Notes: generated by a model not told the origin, from the letters alone. A stretch of 64,000 nucleotides of DNA from Candidatus Lambdaproteobacteria bacterium RIFOXYD2_FULL_50_16 (GCA_001783695.1 MFNE01000043.1:77062-141061); one strand, 5' to 3'; counted from the first letter of the stretch, positions 1 to 10,033 are shown. A program made the numbers and translations.

Positions 1-855
1 GACAAGCGTTTTCCTTTAAGTAGCCAGCAATTAGGGGCCGAACTGGGTGGGGTGGTTTTAGAAGGCCAGCCGCAACTTAAGGTCAAGATGAAAGGGGCCG
101 ATCTGGAACTTGGGGTTGAGATCTGGGCGGGGGAGAAGGCGATTTTGTATCTAGAAAAACTTCCAGGCCAAGGGGGGTTGCCGGTGGGAGTGTCTGGGCG
201 GTTTATTAGTTTTTTATCCGGCGGGATTGATTCCCCTGTAGCCAGCCAGATGATGATGCGCCGGGGGGCCGAACTGGTGTATCTAAACTTCCATGCTTAC
301 CCCTACATCGGCCAGGAATCGAAGGAAAAGGTGTTGGCTTTGGTTAAACACCTAAGTCGCTACCAGCCCAAATCCGTCTTATTAGTCGCCCCCTTTGCCG
401 AGATTCAAAAGGCGATCAAGGCCAACTGCCGCGAGCGGTTACGGACGATTTTATACCGGCGGCTTATGTTTCAAGTAGCCAACCACATCGCCCCGCAATA
501 CTCAGTCAAAGGTTTTATCACCGGGGAAGCCCTAGGCCAAGTAGCCAGCCAAACCATTGAAAATTTGCGCTGCACCGAGGACGCTGCCACCCTTCCGGTC
601 CTGCGCCCCCTAATTGGCCTAGAGAAGGACCAAATCATCGAACGCGCCCAGGCGATTGGCAGCTTCGAGATCAGCATCCAACCCTTTCCCGACTGTTGCA
701 CCCTTTTCCAGCCGCGTCGGCCAGAAACCAAAGGCCGCATTGAGGAACTCCGTGAAGAAGAATCTCGCCTCGACCTTCCAGCCCTCTTAGAAGAGTGTTT
801 GGCAGGCCTAGAAAAACACCAATTCTACAGCCCCGGCGCAGATACCTTTTTTTAA
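1..855 (+). CDS. thiI: tRNA 4-thiouridine synthase ThiI, 5'-truncated by the window edge (C-terminal ~280 aa present)
   Basis: PP-loop motif SGGIDSPVA; ThiI-like C-terminal region. The reading frame is open back to position 1, so the true start lies upstream of the window. Confidence 0.8.
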   Translation, partial: DKRFPLSSQQLGAELGGVVLEGQPQLKVKMKGADLELGVEIWAGEKAILYLEKLPGQGGLPVGVSGRFISFLSGGIDSPVASQMMMRRGAELVYLNFHAYPYIGQESKEKVLALVKHLSRYQPKSVLLVAPFAEIQKAIKANCRERLRTILYRRLMFQVANHIAPQYSVKGFITGEALGQVASQTIENLRCTEDAATLPVLRPLIGLEKDQIIERAQAIGSFEISIQPFPDCCTLFQPRRPETKGRIEELREEESRLDLPALLEECLAGLEKHQFYSPGADTFF

Positions 856-916
856 GAAGATGGTGTGACAAGCTTTGTAGGCCTGCATATTGCTTTTTTT
901 TCTTGTAGGATGTAAG

Positions 917-929
917 CCTACTAAGTAGG
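917..929. promoter_or_regulatory. Perfect 6-1-6 palindrome CCTACTAAGTAGG, overlapped by a GTAGG/CCTAC inverted repeat (905..921). Candidate operator about 35 bp upstream of the 963 start codon.
   Basis: Read directly from the sequence. TA-module antitoxins typically autoregulate through palindromic operators. Confidence 0.4.
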
Positions 930-962
930 ATAACCGAAAAAATCGCAATCAGGAACCTTTTT

Positions 963-1406
963 ATGAATCTCAAAGCTAGGGAAAATAAAGCAGTCGAAGA
1001 GACCATCAAAACCGTTTCCAAGCGCAGCAGCTGGTCTTTGAATCGCCCAGAAAAAGGCAAAGGCCATCCAACGCTTGCACAGATAGAGGCCTTGTCTTAT
1101 CTTGCTCGGGAAGCCTTTACCTTCTTGAATGTCGGGCCTCTACGTAAGCAGTTTGTGCGTTATTTACTCAAAAAGGCTCCTAAAAAAAACCGGGAGCGGA
1201 TCAAAAGCCTTGCCACTCTAATCGAAAATGCGGAATCCCAGAAAGCGCATCCTGAATTAATGGTGTCTTGGATAGAGGAGTCCGATCCGGCATCAGTATT
1301 AGCGGATCAACTTTTTCAAGAGAATATCAAACGGTTGGGGCTCAAGCACTACGATTTAAAAGAACTGTTAAACCAAACGACTGACTTTAGCCCCGCTCGC
1401 GGGTAG
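963..1406 (+). CDS. Hypothetical 147-aa basic protein; candidate antitoxin/partner of the downstream toxin-like gene
   Basis: ORF with no recognisable motif, 24 bp upstream of a MazF/CcdB-fold gene, sitting in a local low-GC stretch. Confidence 0.45.
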   Translation: MNLKARENKAVEETIKTVSKRSSWSLNRPEKGKGHPTLAQIEALSYLAREAFTFLNVGPLRKQFVRYLLKKAPKKNRERIKSLATLIENAESQKAHPELMVSWIEESDPASVLADQLFQENIKRLGLKHYDLKELLNQTTDFSPARG

Positions 1407-1430
1407 TCGGCTTTTACGCAAAATAACAAA

Positions 1431-1784
1431 ATGTGTTTGAACCCTATTCCTAAATGTGGGGACTTGGTTTACCTGGGCTCCAAATCAACTAGAACATACC
1501 GCTTAGTCATTTCAGATGATACTTTTAACGAAAAATCCAAAATAGTTTGGCTTTTAGAGGTTCAGTCTGGACAGGCATCCAACAAGGGACTTCGCGTCCC
1601 TTTTTTATTTAGGGATGAAGCTTTTTTTGTTAAAGTAGAGTCAATAACGTCTGTTACCTGGGAAGCTCCAAACAGCGAAGCCAACGTTCGCGAGGTAAAA
1701 ATTTTGGGGCCTATCCCCAGCGAGGCAACTGAAGAGGTTCAAGCCAAGATGGTCTCTTTATTGTTTGCAAAACGACTAAAGTAA
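1431..1784 (+). CDS. MazF/PemK/CcdB-fold toxin-like protein (117 aa)
   Basis: Sequence pattern PKCGDLVYL..TYRLVISDDTFNE..IVWLLEVQSG...V..ITSV resembles the PemK/MazF N-terminal GD-hhh...RP.lVlS.d.fN core and its strand layout. Family-level call only. Confidence 0.5.
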   Translation: MCLNPIPKCGDLVYLGSKSTRTYRLVISDDTFNEKSKIVWLLEVQSGQASNKGLRVPFLFRDEAFFVKVESITSVTWEAPNSEANVREVKILGPIPSEATEEVQAKMVSLLFAKRLK

Positions 1785-1880
1785 GCCCTTCAAACGGATC
1801 GTTAATAGATAGACCCAGAGTGTAACTGGGTGCGAAACGGTCATTTCAGCTCAATTTATCCACTAAAAAACTTAACGATT

Positions 1881-2744
1881 TTACGACCCTATCCTTCCCA
1901 TTTTGCCGGAGCGGTAGTCTTCGAAGGCTTGGGCGATTTCTTCGGGGCTGTTCATCACAAAGGGGCCGTGGCGGTAGATGGGTTCGTTTAGGGGCTGGCC
2001 GCTTAAGAGCAGTAGAGAGAGTTCATCAAGGCCGGGGTTGATTAACTCGACCCAATCGCCTTTTTGGCCGAAGGCCACCATCTCGCCTTCACTGATCAAA
2101 GCCTCACCCAACCGCGCTTGCCCATGAGCGAGATAGATCATAGCGTTGTGACCCTCTATCACCGGCAATTGCGCCTTGCCGCCTGGAGTGAGCAGGAGAT
2201 GCAGATAACCGATAGGGGTGACCGTTTTGACTGGCGAGGTTAACCCAAAAGCGGTCCCGGCGATCACCTTAACCAGTCCCTTTTCAAACCGGTGAACTGG
2301 CACCTTGTCGGCCTTGAGTTCCTGGTATTCAGGCGGGATCAACTTGTGGCTTTGGGGCAGATTTACCCAAAGCTGAAAGCCCTCCATCACCCCACCATTG
2401 GCCAAAATTTCGTCACTCGGTAGTTCGGAGTGAATGAGCCCTGAACCAGCGGTCATCCATTGTACATCCCCTGGTCCTAAGGCCCCGCCGCCGCCGTGGC
2501 TATCCAGATGCAGATTGCCCCCTTGCAGCAAATAGGTCACCGCTTGAAAGCCCCGGTGTGGGTGGTTTGGTGCTCCAATCGCTTCACCTGGCTCCCACTC
2601 GACTGGGCCAAAATGGTCTAGCAGCAAAAAAGGGTCAAACTGCATTTGCCCCTGAATCGGGAAGGGTCGCCTGACTGGGAACCCGCCCCCCTCAAGGGTC
2701 CGAATCGAATTAACCCGGCGGCTGATGCTACGAAGTTTAGACAT
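1881..2744 (-). CDS. Pirin family protein (cupin; quercetinase-like)
   Basis: HPHRGF motif and bicupin-like length (287 aa). Confidence 0.85.
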   Translation of the reverse strand: MSKLRSISRRVNSIRTLEGGGFPVRRPFPIQGQMQFDPFLLLDHFGPVEWEPGEAIGAPNHPHRGFQAVTYLLQGGNLHLDSHGGGGALGPGDVQWMTAGSGLIHSELPSDEILANGGVMEGFQLWVNLPQSHKLIPPEYQELKADKVPVHRFEKGLVKVIAGTAFGLTSPVKTVTPIGYLHLLLTPGGKAQLPVIEGHNAMIYLAHGQARLGEALISEGEMVAFGQKGDWVELINPGLDELSLLLLSGQPLNEPIYRHGPFVMNSPEEIAQAFEDYRSGKMGRIGS

Positions 2745-2886
2745 TTGATCTCCCTTTTCACCCGATTCTAACGCAAATAAGGTGTATTTGAAACGCCTTT
2801 TTGATCAAAGATTATTCACTCCAGAGTGTAAGACCCCGCCACTGCGCGTTTTAGGCTGCCTACAGTCGTCGTCAAAAGACCTCACC

Positions 2887-2905
2887 TGACCCTGTTATAG
2901 GGTCA
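2887..2905. promoter_or_regulatory. Perfect 7-5-7 palindrome TGACCCT-GTTAT-AGGGTCA, about 145 bp upstream of the pirin start
   Basis: Read directly from the sequence. Confidence 0.3.
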
Positions 2906-3025
2906 ACGATTTGGCTACCCTGGATCTAGGAGTGTTAAATAAAACAAAGATTAACCTAGCAAAAGGATTAAATAAACAACCTAGGGGATATGGTTTACCC
3001 AAATTCTGCGGACAAGACCAGGATC

Positions 3026-3358
3026 TTAGCTTTTTGAGCCAGACTCAGAGGGAGTTTCATTGTGAGGATTTGACTTTTCAAGAAGGTTTTTTTCTTCTTC
3101 ACCAGGGGTATAGAATTCAACCTTTTTCCGCTCTTTAGTAAAAAACAAGCCGCCCGCAGCCAGGCCCATAAGCACCAGCATAAGTTTTAAATCATCTGTA
3201 AAGCCAACCCCTTCTAACAAGTTTTTAGGGGTGAAAAAGGACAGATAACTGGCCCCAAAGAGGAAAACCGCCAAGATTAACAGCCGAAAAAAAGGGAGCA
3301 AAATTTTTAGCATCGAATCTACCAAACAGGTTGTGGCCCATTTTGGCCCAATCCCCAA
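3026..3358 (-). CDS. Small hypothetical membrane protein; the start is probably at the internal MLKILLPFF
   Basis: Two hydrophobic helices and a Lys/Glu-rich tail. The overlapping + ORF 2911..3138 was judged less likely. Confidence 0.4.
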   Translation of the reverse strand: MGIGPKWATTCLVDSMLKILLPFFRLLILAVFLFGASYLSFFTPKNLLEGVGFTDDLKLMLVLMGLAAGGLFFTKERKKVEFYTPGEEEKNLLEKSNPHNETPSESGSKS

Positions 3359-3712
3359 CCCTGGTCAAGGCCAGCATATTTTTTTGAAATTGAATTTTGA
3401 ATTACCTAAAGTTGTTGCCCTATACTTGGATTAGTGGTTGCCTTATTTATTAAGACTAAACTAGCCCTTCAAACCAAGTCCTCACCATCCCTATTTTGCC
3501 TTACTCGAAGTTCTGATTAATTTTGCGGTTTTTAGCGATAGTTTCTAAGAAACACACGCCGCTGCTTCGCTCCTTATTTACTGGCAAAAAGCCTCTTTAA
3601 AAAAACGTACGCCGCCCGTGGGGGCTGCAAACAAGCCCTCACGGTGAAACCCTAAAAAATGAGATTGCCTGACAGGAGCCCTTTCGGCAAAATTGCGGCC
3701 TAACTAGGAGGA

Positions 3713-4051
3713 GTGATGCTACAAACCTTGGGGCTGTTGACGCTATCAAATCTGTTTATGACTTTCGCTTGGTATGGACACCTGAAAAGTCTGAACGACA
3801 AGCCTTTGTGGATCGTTATTTTAATAAGCTGGGGAATCGCCTTTTTTGAGTATTGTTTGCAAGTCCCGGCCAACCGGATTGGTTATCAATCCCTAAGCTT
3901 GGTTCAACTGAAAATCATTCAAGAGATCTTAGCCTTGGGCGTTTTTGCCTTGTTTGCGATTTTTTATATGCAGGTGCCTTTGTCGCGTAACTTTCTTTAT
4001 GCTGGACTCTGTTTGATAGGAGCGGCTTGGTTTATTTTTGCAGAGGTTTGA
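3713..4051 (+). CDS. DMT-superfamily small membrane protein (DUF486-like)
   Basis: 112 aa, four predicted TM helices, resembling the DUF486/DMT family. Confidence 0.6.
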   Translation: MMLQTLGLLTLSNLFMTFAWYGHLKSLNDKPLWIVILISWGIAFFEYCLQVPANRIGYQSLSLVQLKIIQEILALGVFALFAIFYMQVPLSRNFLYAGLCLIGAAWFIFAEV

Positions 4052-4053
4052 AA

Positions 4054-5418
4054 TTAGGGCGCAAGCTGAGTCAAGGTCGCTTGCCACAGCTCGCCCATGG
4101 TAAGCGTGCTTAAGGCTTTCGGCTCTAGGGTTTGGGAGCGTAGGGCCCAGTCTAAAGGCCAGATCAGCCCTTGGGGGCTATGCCATCGCCCGGTGGTGAG
4201 TCCTGGGGAAGGGCCTAGGTGCAGTTCGGCTTTTAACGGGCTACTTTGTAGCCGTTGCCTCCAAGTGTCCAGGTAATCAATCTGGTTAAAACTCCCTAAA
4301 CATTCCAGGCCTAAATAAAACCGTAAAATCAAAAAACTAATCCAAGTCCCTGGGCAAACCCGACCATCTTTAATCGCCTGGGCTAACGCTTCGGGGCTTA
4401 GGGGTTCTAGGCCTTGGCGTTCTGAATAAAGACCCAAACCGTTCCAGCGAGCCAGAAGAAGTTTGTTTGACTTTTTGCCTGGGTAACCAACTAAAAAATT
4501 AAAGTCAGGGTCCTGCCATTCTCCTTGTAACAACTCCAAAAAAAAAGGGTCTTTGTCCTCAATCCGCTTGGCCAAAAACAATCCAGCCAAGCGATTAAGG
4601 TCAAAAATAACCAATTTGGCCCCATTAAATAGCTTCTCTTGCAACCTCGCCGCATTCCTCGCAGCCCAGTGGCTGTACCGTTCGCCAAGGCGGGGCGGGG
4701 CCATAAGTTCCTTTACCGCAGGCTGCAACTGGGCTAGGCGAAGGTTCAAATCCTCCGGCAGGGGACTGCCATAAACCAACTGGTCACGCCAGCGTGCCCC
4801 AATCAAACTTAAACGTTGCTCCATCTCCCCATGTGCCGCCCGCTCAACTGCCGCTTGCTGGGCTTGGGTCTTCCAAGGTCCCGGCTGTAACAAGGTTTCT
4901 AACTCCAAATCCCCATAACTAAGCGCCCCACTCCAGGCGGTATTAGAAAAGGACACCCCTGAGGCGGCCCCGATCAAATAAAGCTGATTTTCTGGCAGCC
5001 CAGCGAGGCTGATTAGGTCGATTGTGGAAAAGGTGGGGCCATGGGTGGGGGTTAGGTGGTGGCTGGTTTGGATAACGGGCAAACGCGCTAGCTGACTGGC
5101 CGCCGCTTTGGCCAGGGGGGTGCCCCAACCGGCTTCTATCAGTTCCCCCTCAAAAAGTTCTAAAAAATCCGGGGGCAAAGTTTGAGGTTGAACGTGGTAA
5201 AGCTCGGCCCCGTATTTGGATAAGGGGGTAAGCCAATCTTGCGCAAAGATTTTGGCCAGCCGGGGGCGGGTCTGGGCTAAGCGGGCCAGGGCCGGGCCAT
5301 GGGGTTTGGGCTCCAAAAAAGACAAGCTCCTAAAGGTTGGGCCCGACGGCCAAATTAACTTGGGATCAAAACCCCGCTTGATCCACCAATTGCCCAATTC
5401 GGCGCTGTAACCCACCAA
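4054..5418 (-). CDS. Hypothetical protein (454 aa); last gene of the polA-ridA-mpl operon
   Basis: Long ORF with coding-like composition. The annotated start overlaps the mpl 3' end by 53 nt, so the true start may be a downstream GTG/TTG. Confidence 0.55.
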   Translation of the reverse strand: MVGYSAELGNWWIKRGFDPKLIWPSGPTFRSLSFLEPKPHGPALARLAQTRPRLAKIFAQDWLTPLSKYGAELYHVQPQTLPPDFLELFEGELIEAGWGTPLAKAAASQLARLPVIQTSHHLTPTHGPTFSTIDLISLAGLPENQLYLIGAASGVSFSNTAWSGALSYGDLELETLLQPGPWKTQAQQAAVERAAHGEMEQRLSLIGARWRDQLVYGSPLPEDLNLRLAQLQPAVKELMAPPRLGERYSHWAARNAARLQEKLFNGAKLVIFDLNRLAGLFLAKRIEDKDPFFLELLQGEWQDPDFNFLVGYPGKKSNKLLLARWNGLGLYSERQGLEPLSPEALAQAIKDGRVCPGTWISFLILRFYLGLECLGSFNQIDYLDTWRQRLQSSPLKAELHLGPSPGLTTGRWHSPQGLIWPLDWALRSQTLEPKALSTLTMGELWQATLTQLAP

Positions 5419-6784
5419 AGTCGCCGTTACTCATAACTAAAATAATATCCCCTGGCCGGGCGGCCTTAAGTGCCGCTTGGGCTAGGTTTTCGGTGCCTTC
5501 AAGGATTTGGGTGGACTTCCCTTGGGCGCTAAGCTCCTGCACAATCAAATCTAAATCCAACCGCTCCTTGGGGTCGAGTCGCTCGGCGCGGTAAAGGGGG
5601 GCAAAGGTCACTAGGTCGGCCAGGGCAAAGGCCGGGGCCATTTTAGTTTGGTGGTGTTTTCGAACAGAAGTATTGGACTTGGGCTCGTAAATCGCGTGGA
5701 TGCGGGCCTCTGGCCAAGCGCCTTTGACGGCAGCTAAGGTCTCGGCAATGGCGGTAGGGTGATGGGCGAAGTCGTCAAAAACCTTGACCGCCTCCTTTTT
5801 ATTAATTCGCTCTAGCCGCCTTTTAACGTGGCGGTAACTCGACAAAGCTTCTTGAATCTTTGCGGTTGGAATCCCCTGTTCTAAGGCTAAAAGGATTACG
5901 GCAGCCGCGTTGCGGACGTTAAATTCCCCAAACAGAGGGATCTCAAACTCGAACCAATCTTCCGCATAATTTAAGGTAAAACTCATCCCAATCCCGCCCA
6001 GTTTGGGCTTTATATTTACGATCCGCCCATGGCAATGGGGCCCCATTCCAAAGGTGACCACACGCGAATATCCGCTTTTTGCAACCTCTACCGCATGGGC
6101 GTCATCTCCGTTGGCTAAGATCAAACCATCTTTGGGGACTTGGCGCAACATCAAGGAAAAACTCCGCTTGATTTCCTCAAGGTTGTTAAAGATATCCGCG
6201 TGGTCAAACTCGATGTTATTGATCACCACAAAGTCAGGCAGGTAATGGAAAAACTTGCTTCGCTTGTCAAAAAGGCTGGTGTCATATTCGTCCCCTTCGA
6301 CCACAAAATAGCCTCCTGGCTCCACATCCCTAGAACTCACCCCAAAGTTTTCCGGCACCCCTCCCACCATAAACCCGGTCGGTTGGCCACAAGCGGTAAA
6401 GACATGGGCGGCCAAGCTAGTGGTGCTGGTTTTTCCATGGGTTCCGGTGATTACTATACTCTTTCGGCCCCTAATAAACTCATTTTTAAGGAGTTCTGCC
6501 ATCGAGATATAATCGAGGTGGTTGGTTAAGGCATATTCCACCTCCACATTGCCCCGACTTAAGGCATTGCCCAAAACCACCACGTCTGGATGGGGGATCA
6601 GATTATTAGCCGAGTAGCCCTCGAAAATCGGTATCCCGTTTTGCTCAAGCAAAGTGGACATGGGCGGATAGACGTTTTGATCTGAGCCGGTGATCCGATG
6701 TCCACGGGATTTGAGCAAAACCGCCAACGAAGCCATAGCGGTGCCACAAATTCCAGAGAAATGAAAATGCCGGTTTTCCATCAA
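5366..6784 (-). CDS. mpl: UDP-N-acetylmuramate:L-alanyl-gamma-D-glutamyl-meso-diaminopimelate ligase (murein peptide ligase)
   Basis: N-terminal [16 protein letters not shown], the [12 protein letters not shown]-loop and a Mur ligase central/C-terminal organisation typical of Mpl. Confidence 0.88.
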   Translation of the reverse strand: MMENRHFHFSGICGTAMASLAVLLKSRGHRITGSDQNVYPPMSTLLEQNGIPIFEGYSANNLIPHPDVVVLGNALSRGNVEVEYALTNHLDYISMAELLKNEFIRGRKSIVITGTHGKTSTTSLAAHVFTACGQPTGFMVGGVPENFGVSSRDVEPGGYFVVEGDEYDTSLFDKRSKFFHYLPDFVVINNIEFDHADIFNNLEEIKRSFSLMLRQVPKDGLILANGDDAHAVEVAKSGYSRVVTFGMGPHCHGRIVNIKPKLGGIGMSFTLNYAEDWFEFEIPLFGEFNVRNAAAVILLALEQGIPTAKIQEALSSYRHVKRRLERINKKEAVKVFDDFAHHPTAIAETLAAVKGAWPEARIHAIYEPKSNTSVRKHHQTKMAPAFALADLVTFAPLYRAERLDPKERLDLDLIVQELSAQGKSTQILEGTENLAQAALKAARPGDIILVMSNGDFGGLQRRIGQLVDQAGF

Positions 6785-7164
6785 GCTCCCAGATAGGCCA
6801 CAAGGTCGATCTCAACCAAACAATCCAGTGGTAGTCGGTGGACCTCTACGCAGGCACGCGCCGGTTTGTGTTCCCCCATAAACTCGGCGTAAATGGTATT
6901 CATAGCGGCGAAGTCGCCCATGTCACCTAAATAAACGGTCGCTTTGACCACTTGGTTAAAATTAGCCCCGGCAGAGGCCAAAACCCCTTTTAGATTGGTC
7001 ATTACTTGGCGGACTTGATCATGAATATCAGGCCCCACCAGTTTGCCAGTGGCCGGATCAATCGGGATTTGACCAGCTGTATATAAAAAGCCACCAGCTT
7101 CAATGGCATGAGAATAAGGGCCCCGCGCAAGGGGTGCGCCTTCGGCTTGGATAACTTTGATCAT
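6781..7164 (-). CDS. ridA: RidA/YjgF family reactive-intermediate deaminase
   Basis: 127 aa with the YjgF/TdcF chorismate-mutase-like fold signature (GPYSHA...AG..LY.SGQ). 4-nt overlap with mpl. Confidence 0.85.
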   Translation of the reverse strand: MIKVIQAEGAPLARGPYSHAIEAGGFLYTAGQIPIDPATGKLVGPDIHDQVRQVMTNLKGVLASAGANFNQVVKATVYLGDMGDFAAMNTIYAEFMGEHKPARACVEVHRLPLDCLVEIDLVAYLGA

Positions 7165-7216
7165 GGTTGCCTCCTAGATTAAGTGGTTTTAAACATGCCT
7201 GATTTTACCGGGGCAA

Positions 7217-9910
7217 TCAATGGGCTAAACCCCAATTTGGTCCCTGCCCAATATCCGCCACCAAAGGCACCGTCAAGGTCGCGGCGTTTTCCATGATTTT
7301 TTTTATCAAGGGTCCAGCCTGGGCGTAATCCTCTTCAGCCAGTTCGAACACTAATTCGTCATGGACCTGTAAAATCATTTTGGCTTTAAGCAAACCCTGG
7401 TCGATAACCGTCTTTAGGTCAATCATGGCCAGCTTAATCAAATCCGCTGCCGAGCCTTGGATGCGGCTGTTAATCGCTGCCCGTTCGGCACTGGCGCGGG
7501 CTAGGTGATTTTTAGAATTTATCTCGTCAAAACCCCGTCGGCGGCCAAACAGGGTTTCGACGTACCCCTTTGAGCGCACAAAGTCTAAGGTTTCATCCAT
7601 ATAAGATTTGATCCCAGGGTACCGCGCAAAATAAGCGTCAATAAAGGCCTTGGCTTCTTTGTTAGAGACCCCAATTTCGCTAGAAAGTCGAAAGGCCCCC
7701 ATGCCGTAGATAATACCAAAGTTAATCGCTTTGGCCGCCCGCCTTTGCTCGGAGGTCACTAAGTCTGGGGGCAACTGATAAATCGCGGCCGCCGTTTGCA
7801 AATGCACATCGCCCCCTGCCTTAAAAACCTCGATCAGTCCAGGATCGGCTGACAGGTGGGCCAAAAACCGGAGTTCAATTTGGGAATAGTCAGCACTGGC
7901 TAAAACCTTTCCCGGTGGAGCAACAAAGGCAGAACGGATCTGGCGTCCCTCTTCACCCTTGATAGGGATGTTTTGCAAGTTTGGGTTTTTCGAAGCCAGC
8001 CGCCCGGTAGCGGCTACAGTTTGCATGTAACTAGTATGAATCCGCCCGGTTTGGGGATTAATTAAGAGGGGCAAGGGTTCGAGGTAGGTGTTTATCAACT
8101 TGGTTTTAGAGCGGTATTCTAAGAGCAACTTGGCGATTTTATGCTCTGGGGCCAGTTGTTCTAAGACCGAAGCATCGGTACTATAACCGGTTTTAGTTTT
8201 CTTTTTGGCTCCGCCAATGGCCATTTTTTCAGGGCTAAATAAAATCTCGCCTAACTGTTGGGTAGAGTTTAAATTAAACCGCTCGCCTGCCTCTTTATAA
8301 ATCGCCTCTTCTAGCTGGGTTAAACCCTGTTCAATCCCGGTCTGGATCTCTTTTAATCGGTCCTTGTCCACCAATACCCCCTGGCATTCCATCTCGGCCA
8401 AACAGCGCAAAAGGGGTATTTCGATTTTTTGGTACAGGGCTTTTAGGCCTTTTTCAGCAAGTTGTGGTTCAAATTTTTCGTAAAGCAACAAGGCCGCTTC
8501 GGCGTCTTCGGCGGCGTAGCGTAACGCCTGATCCAAAGGGACTTGAGAAAACAAAATCTGGTTTTTTCCTTTGCCACAAAGGTCTTCAAAATGGATCATC
8601 TCGTGTCCTAAATGTTGGCGAGATAGTTCGTCTAGGCCATGGCGGTGGCTGCCGGCATCTAGCAGATAAGACTGAATCATCGAATCGCCCAACTTGGCCT
8701 CCAGCCTTCGTCCCTGGGCGGCGAGGATCATCAATTCATATTTGGCATTTTGCGCGAGCCATTCGCGCTTAGGGTCATTAAAAAGGGGGGCCAAGGCGTC
8801 TAACACCTCCTTGGTACTTAGCTGGGGGTGGTCGGTTTGGTGCGCCGTGGGGATATAGACCGGGTCCCCTCCGGGCCAAGCGAGAGACAGCCCCACCACT
8901 TGGGCTACCAAAGGGTCAAGCCCGGTGGTTTCAAAGTCAAAGGCCGCCCGCTCCACCTGGGCCAGTTCCTTTAAAACCTGATCAAAAGCGGTTCGGTCGG
9001 TGATTAAACGGTAGCGGCCATAATCCCAATCGTCCTTAGTTGGTGCAGTCACAGAGACCGCATCGGCCCCTTCTAAAAACCGGTCTGGGCGAAAACCCAT
9101 CTCTTGGTAAAAGGCTTGTAATTCGGGGTAGTGAGGAGCCCGAAGCCGAAGCTGTTCTAGGTCCAAGTCAATGGGCAAATCTAAGACCACTTCAGTCAAT
9201 TTTAAACTTAGATCTACATTGGCCTTGGAGTCAGCAAGGTTTTCTTTGACCTTTCCTTTAATTTTTTCCAGATTTTGGTAAATCCCCGCAAGGTCCCCAA
9301 ACTCGTCAAAGAGTTTGACTGCGGTCTTAGGTCCGATCCCATGGGCACCGGGGATGTTGTCTGAAGCGTCGCCCACTAAGGCTAAATATTGGGCCATTAG
9401 GGCAGGCGGGACTCCCCATTTCTCCTTGACCATGGCCGAGTCATAAAGCACCTCTTTCATCCCGTCGTACATCTTAACCTCGTCGTTGACCAACTGGGCC
9501 AGATCTTTGTCTCCAGAGACAATCACGGTTTCGATCTCTTTAGAAAACTTAACCGCTAGACTGCCAATCAGGTCGTCGGCCTCGTAGTGGTTTTCTTTAA
9601 GGATGGTCAAATTTAGGGCCTCGCAAAGCCGAAAAATAGGCTCAAATTGGAGCCCCAAATCCTCAGGGGGCGCATCGCGGTTGGCTTTGTAGTCGGGAAA
9701 AAGCTCGTTTCTAAAACAAGGTCCCGGAGTGTCGAATACCATCACCAAATGGCTGGGGGTAAACTGGGTCAATAAAGACAGCAGCATATTTTTAAAGCCT
9801 ACCACCGCGTTGGTGGGCAGTCCGCTGGGGCTGGTCAATCCAGGGCGAACGCCGTAATAAGCACGGAAGATATAGCTGCTACCGTCAACTAAAAAAAGTT
9901 TGTTGGTCAT
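7217..9910 (-). CDS. polA: DNA polymerase I
   Basis: 897 aa with a 5'-3' exonuclease N-terminus (LFLVDGSSYIFRAYY), a 3'-5' exonuclease domain and polymerase motifs (RRAAKAINFGIIYG, QVHDELVFE). Confidence 0.97.
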   Translation of the reverse strand: MTNKLFLVDGSSYIFRAYYGVRPGLTSPSGLPTNAVVGFKNMLLSLLTQFTPSHLVMVFDTPGPCFRNELFPDYKANRDAPPEDLGLQFEPIFRLCEALNLTILKENHYEADDLIGSLAVKFSKEIETVIVSGDKDLAQLVNDEVKMYDGMKEVLYDSAMVKEKWGVPPALMAQYLALVGDASDNIPGAHGIGPKTAVKLFDEFGDLAGIYQNLEKIKGKVKENLADSKANVDLSLKLTEVVLDLPIDLDLEQLRLRAPHYPELQAFYQEMGFRPDRFLEGADAVSVTAPTKDDWDYGRYRLITDRTAFDQVLKELAQVERAAFDFETTGLDPLVAQVVGLSLAWPGGDPVYIPTAHQTDHPQLSTKEVLDALAPLFNDPKREWLAQNAKYELMILAAQGRRLEAKLGDSMIQSYLLDAGSHRHGLDELSRQHLGHEMIHFEDLCGKGKNQILFSQVPLDQALRYAAEDAEAALLLYEKFEPQLAEKGLKALYQKIEIPLLRCLAEMECQGVLVDKDRLKEIQTGIEQGLTQLEEAIYKEAGERFNLNSTQQLGEILFSPEKMAIGGAKKKTKTGYSTDASVLEQLAPEHKIAKLLLEYRSKTKLINTYLEPLPLLINPQTGRIHTSYMQTVAATGRLASKNPNLQNIPIKGEEGRQIRSAFVAPPGKVLASADYSQIELRFLAHLSADPGLIEVFKAGGDVHLQTAAAIYQLPPDLVTSEQRRAAKAINFGIIYGMGAFRLSSEIGVSNKEAKAFIDAYFARYPGIKSYMDETLDFVRSKGYVETLFGRRRGFDEINSKNHLARASAERAAINSRIQGSAADLIKLAMIDLKTVIDQGLLKAKMILQVHDELVFELAEEDYAQAGPLIKKIMENAATLTVPLVADIGQGPNWGLAH

Positions 9911-10033
9911 CTGGGGCCTTTGAGGTCTAACTCCTTTTTACGGAACTTTGACTCCCTTGCCAAGGCAGAAGAAAAGGGGGCTGTCAATTTGCCCCTGGTC
10001 GAGGTACAAAAGGAACAAAACCGGAGCGAGGTT

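Noticed and set aside
471-1060. Antisense ORFs 471..740 and 671..1060 overlapping thiI, and similar antisense/internal ORFs throughout (for example 8464..8772, 11047..11379, 16772..17167, 17426..17777, 24205..24501, 34473..35017, 36278..36559, 43546..44233, 46533..46904, 50212..50592)
   Set aside because: They lie inside or opposite well-supported genes, have biased low-complexity composition (Arg/Ser/Pro-rich), and have no motifs. They are artefacts of open frames in GC-moderate DNA.
2911-3138. Plus-strand 75-aa ORF overlapping the small minus-strand membrane protein
   Set aside because: No features. The overlapping minus-strand ORF has clear TM helices and a better start context.
5366-5418. 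53-nt overlap between mpl and the downstream hypothetical gene as evidence of a frameshift or fusion
   Set aside because: More simply explained by an over-extended start call on the downstream ORF, with a GTG/TTG start further in. There are no motif continuations across the junction.
9920-10033. ORF-track start of the 7TM-DISM sensor at 9920, only 9 bp from the divergent polA start codon
   Set aside because: An internal Met at 10034 begins a textbook signal peptide and has a GAGG RBS. Starting there leaves a normal 123-bp divergent promoter region.
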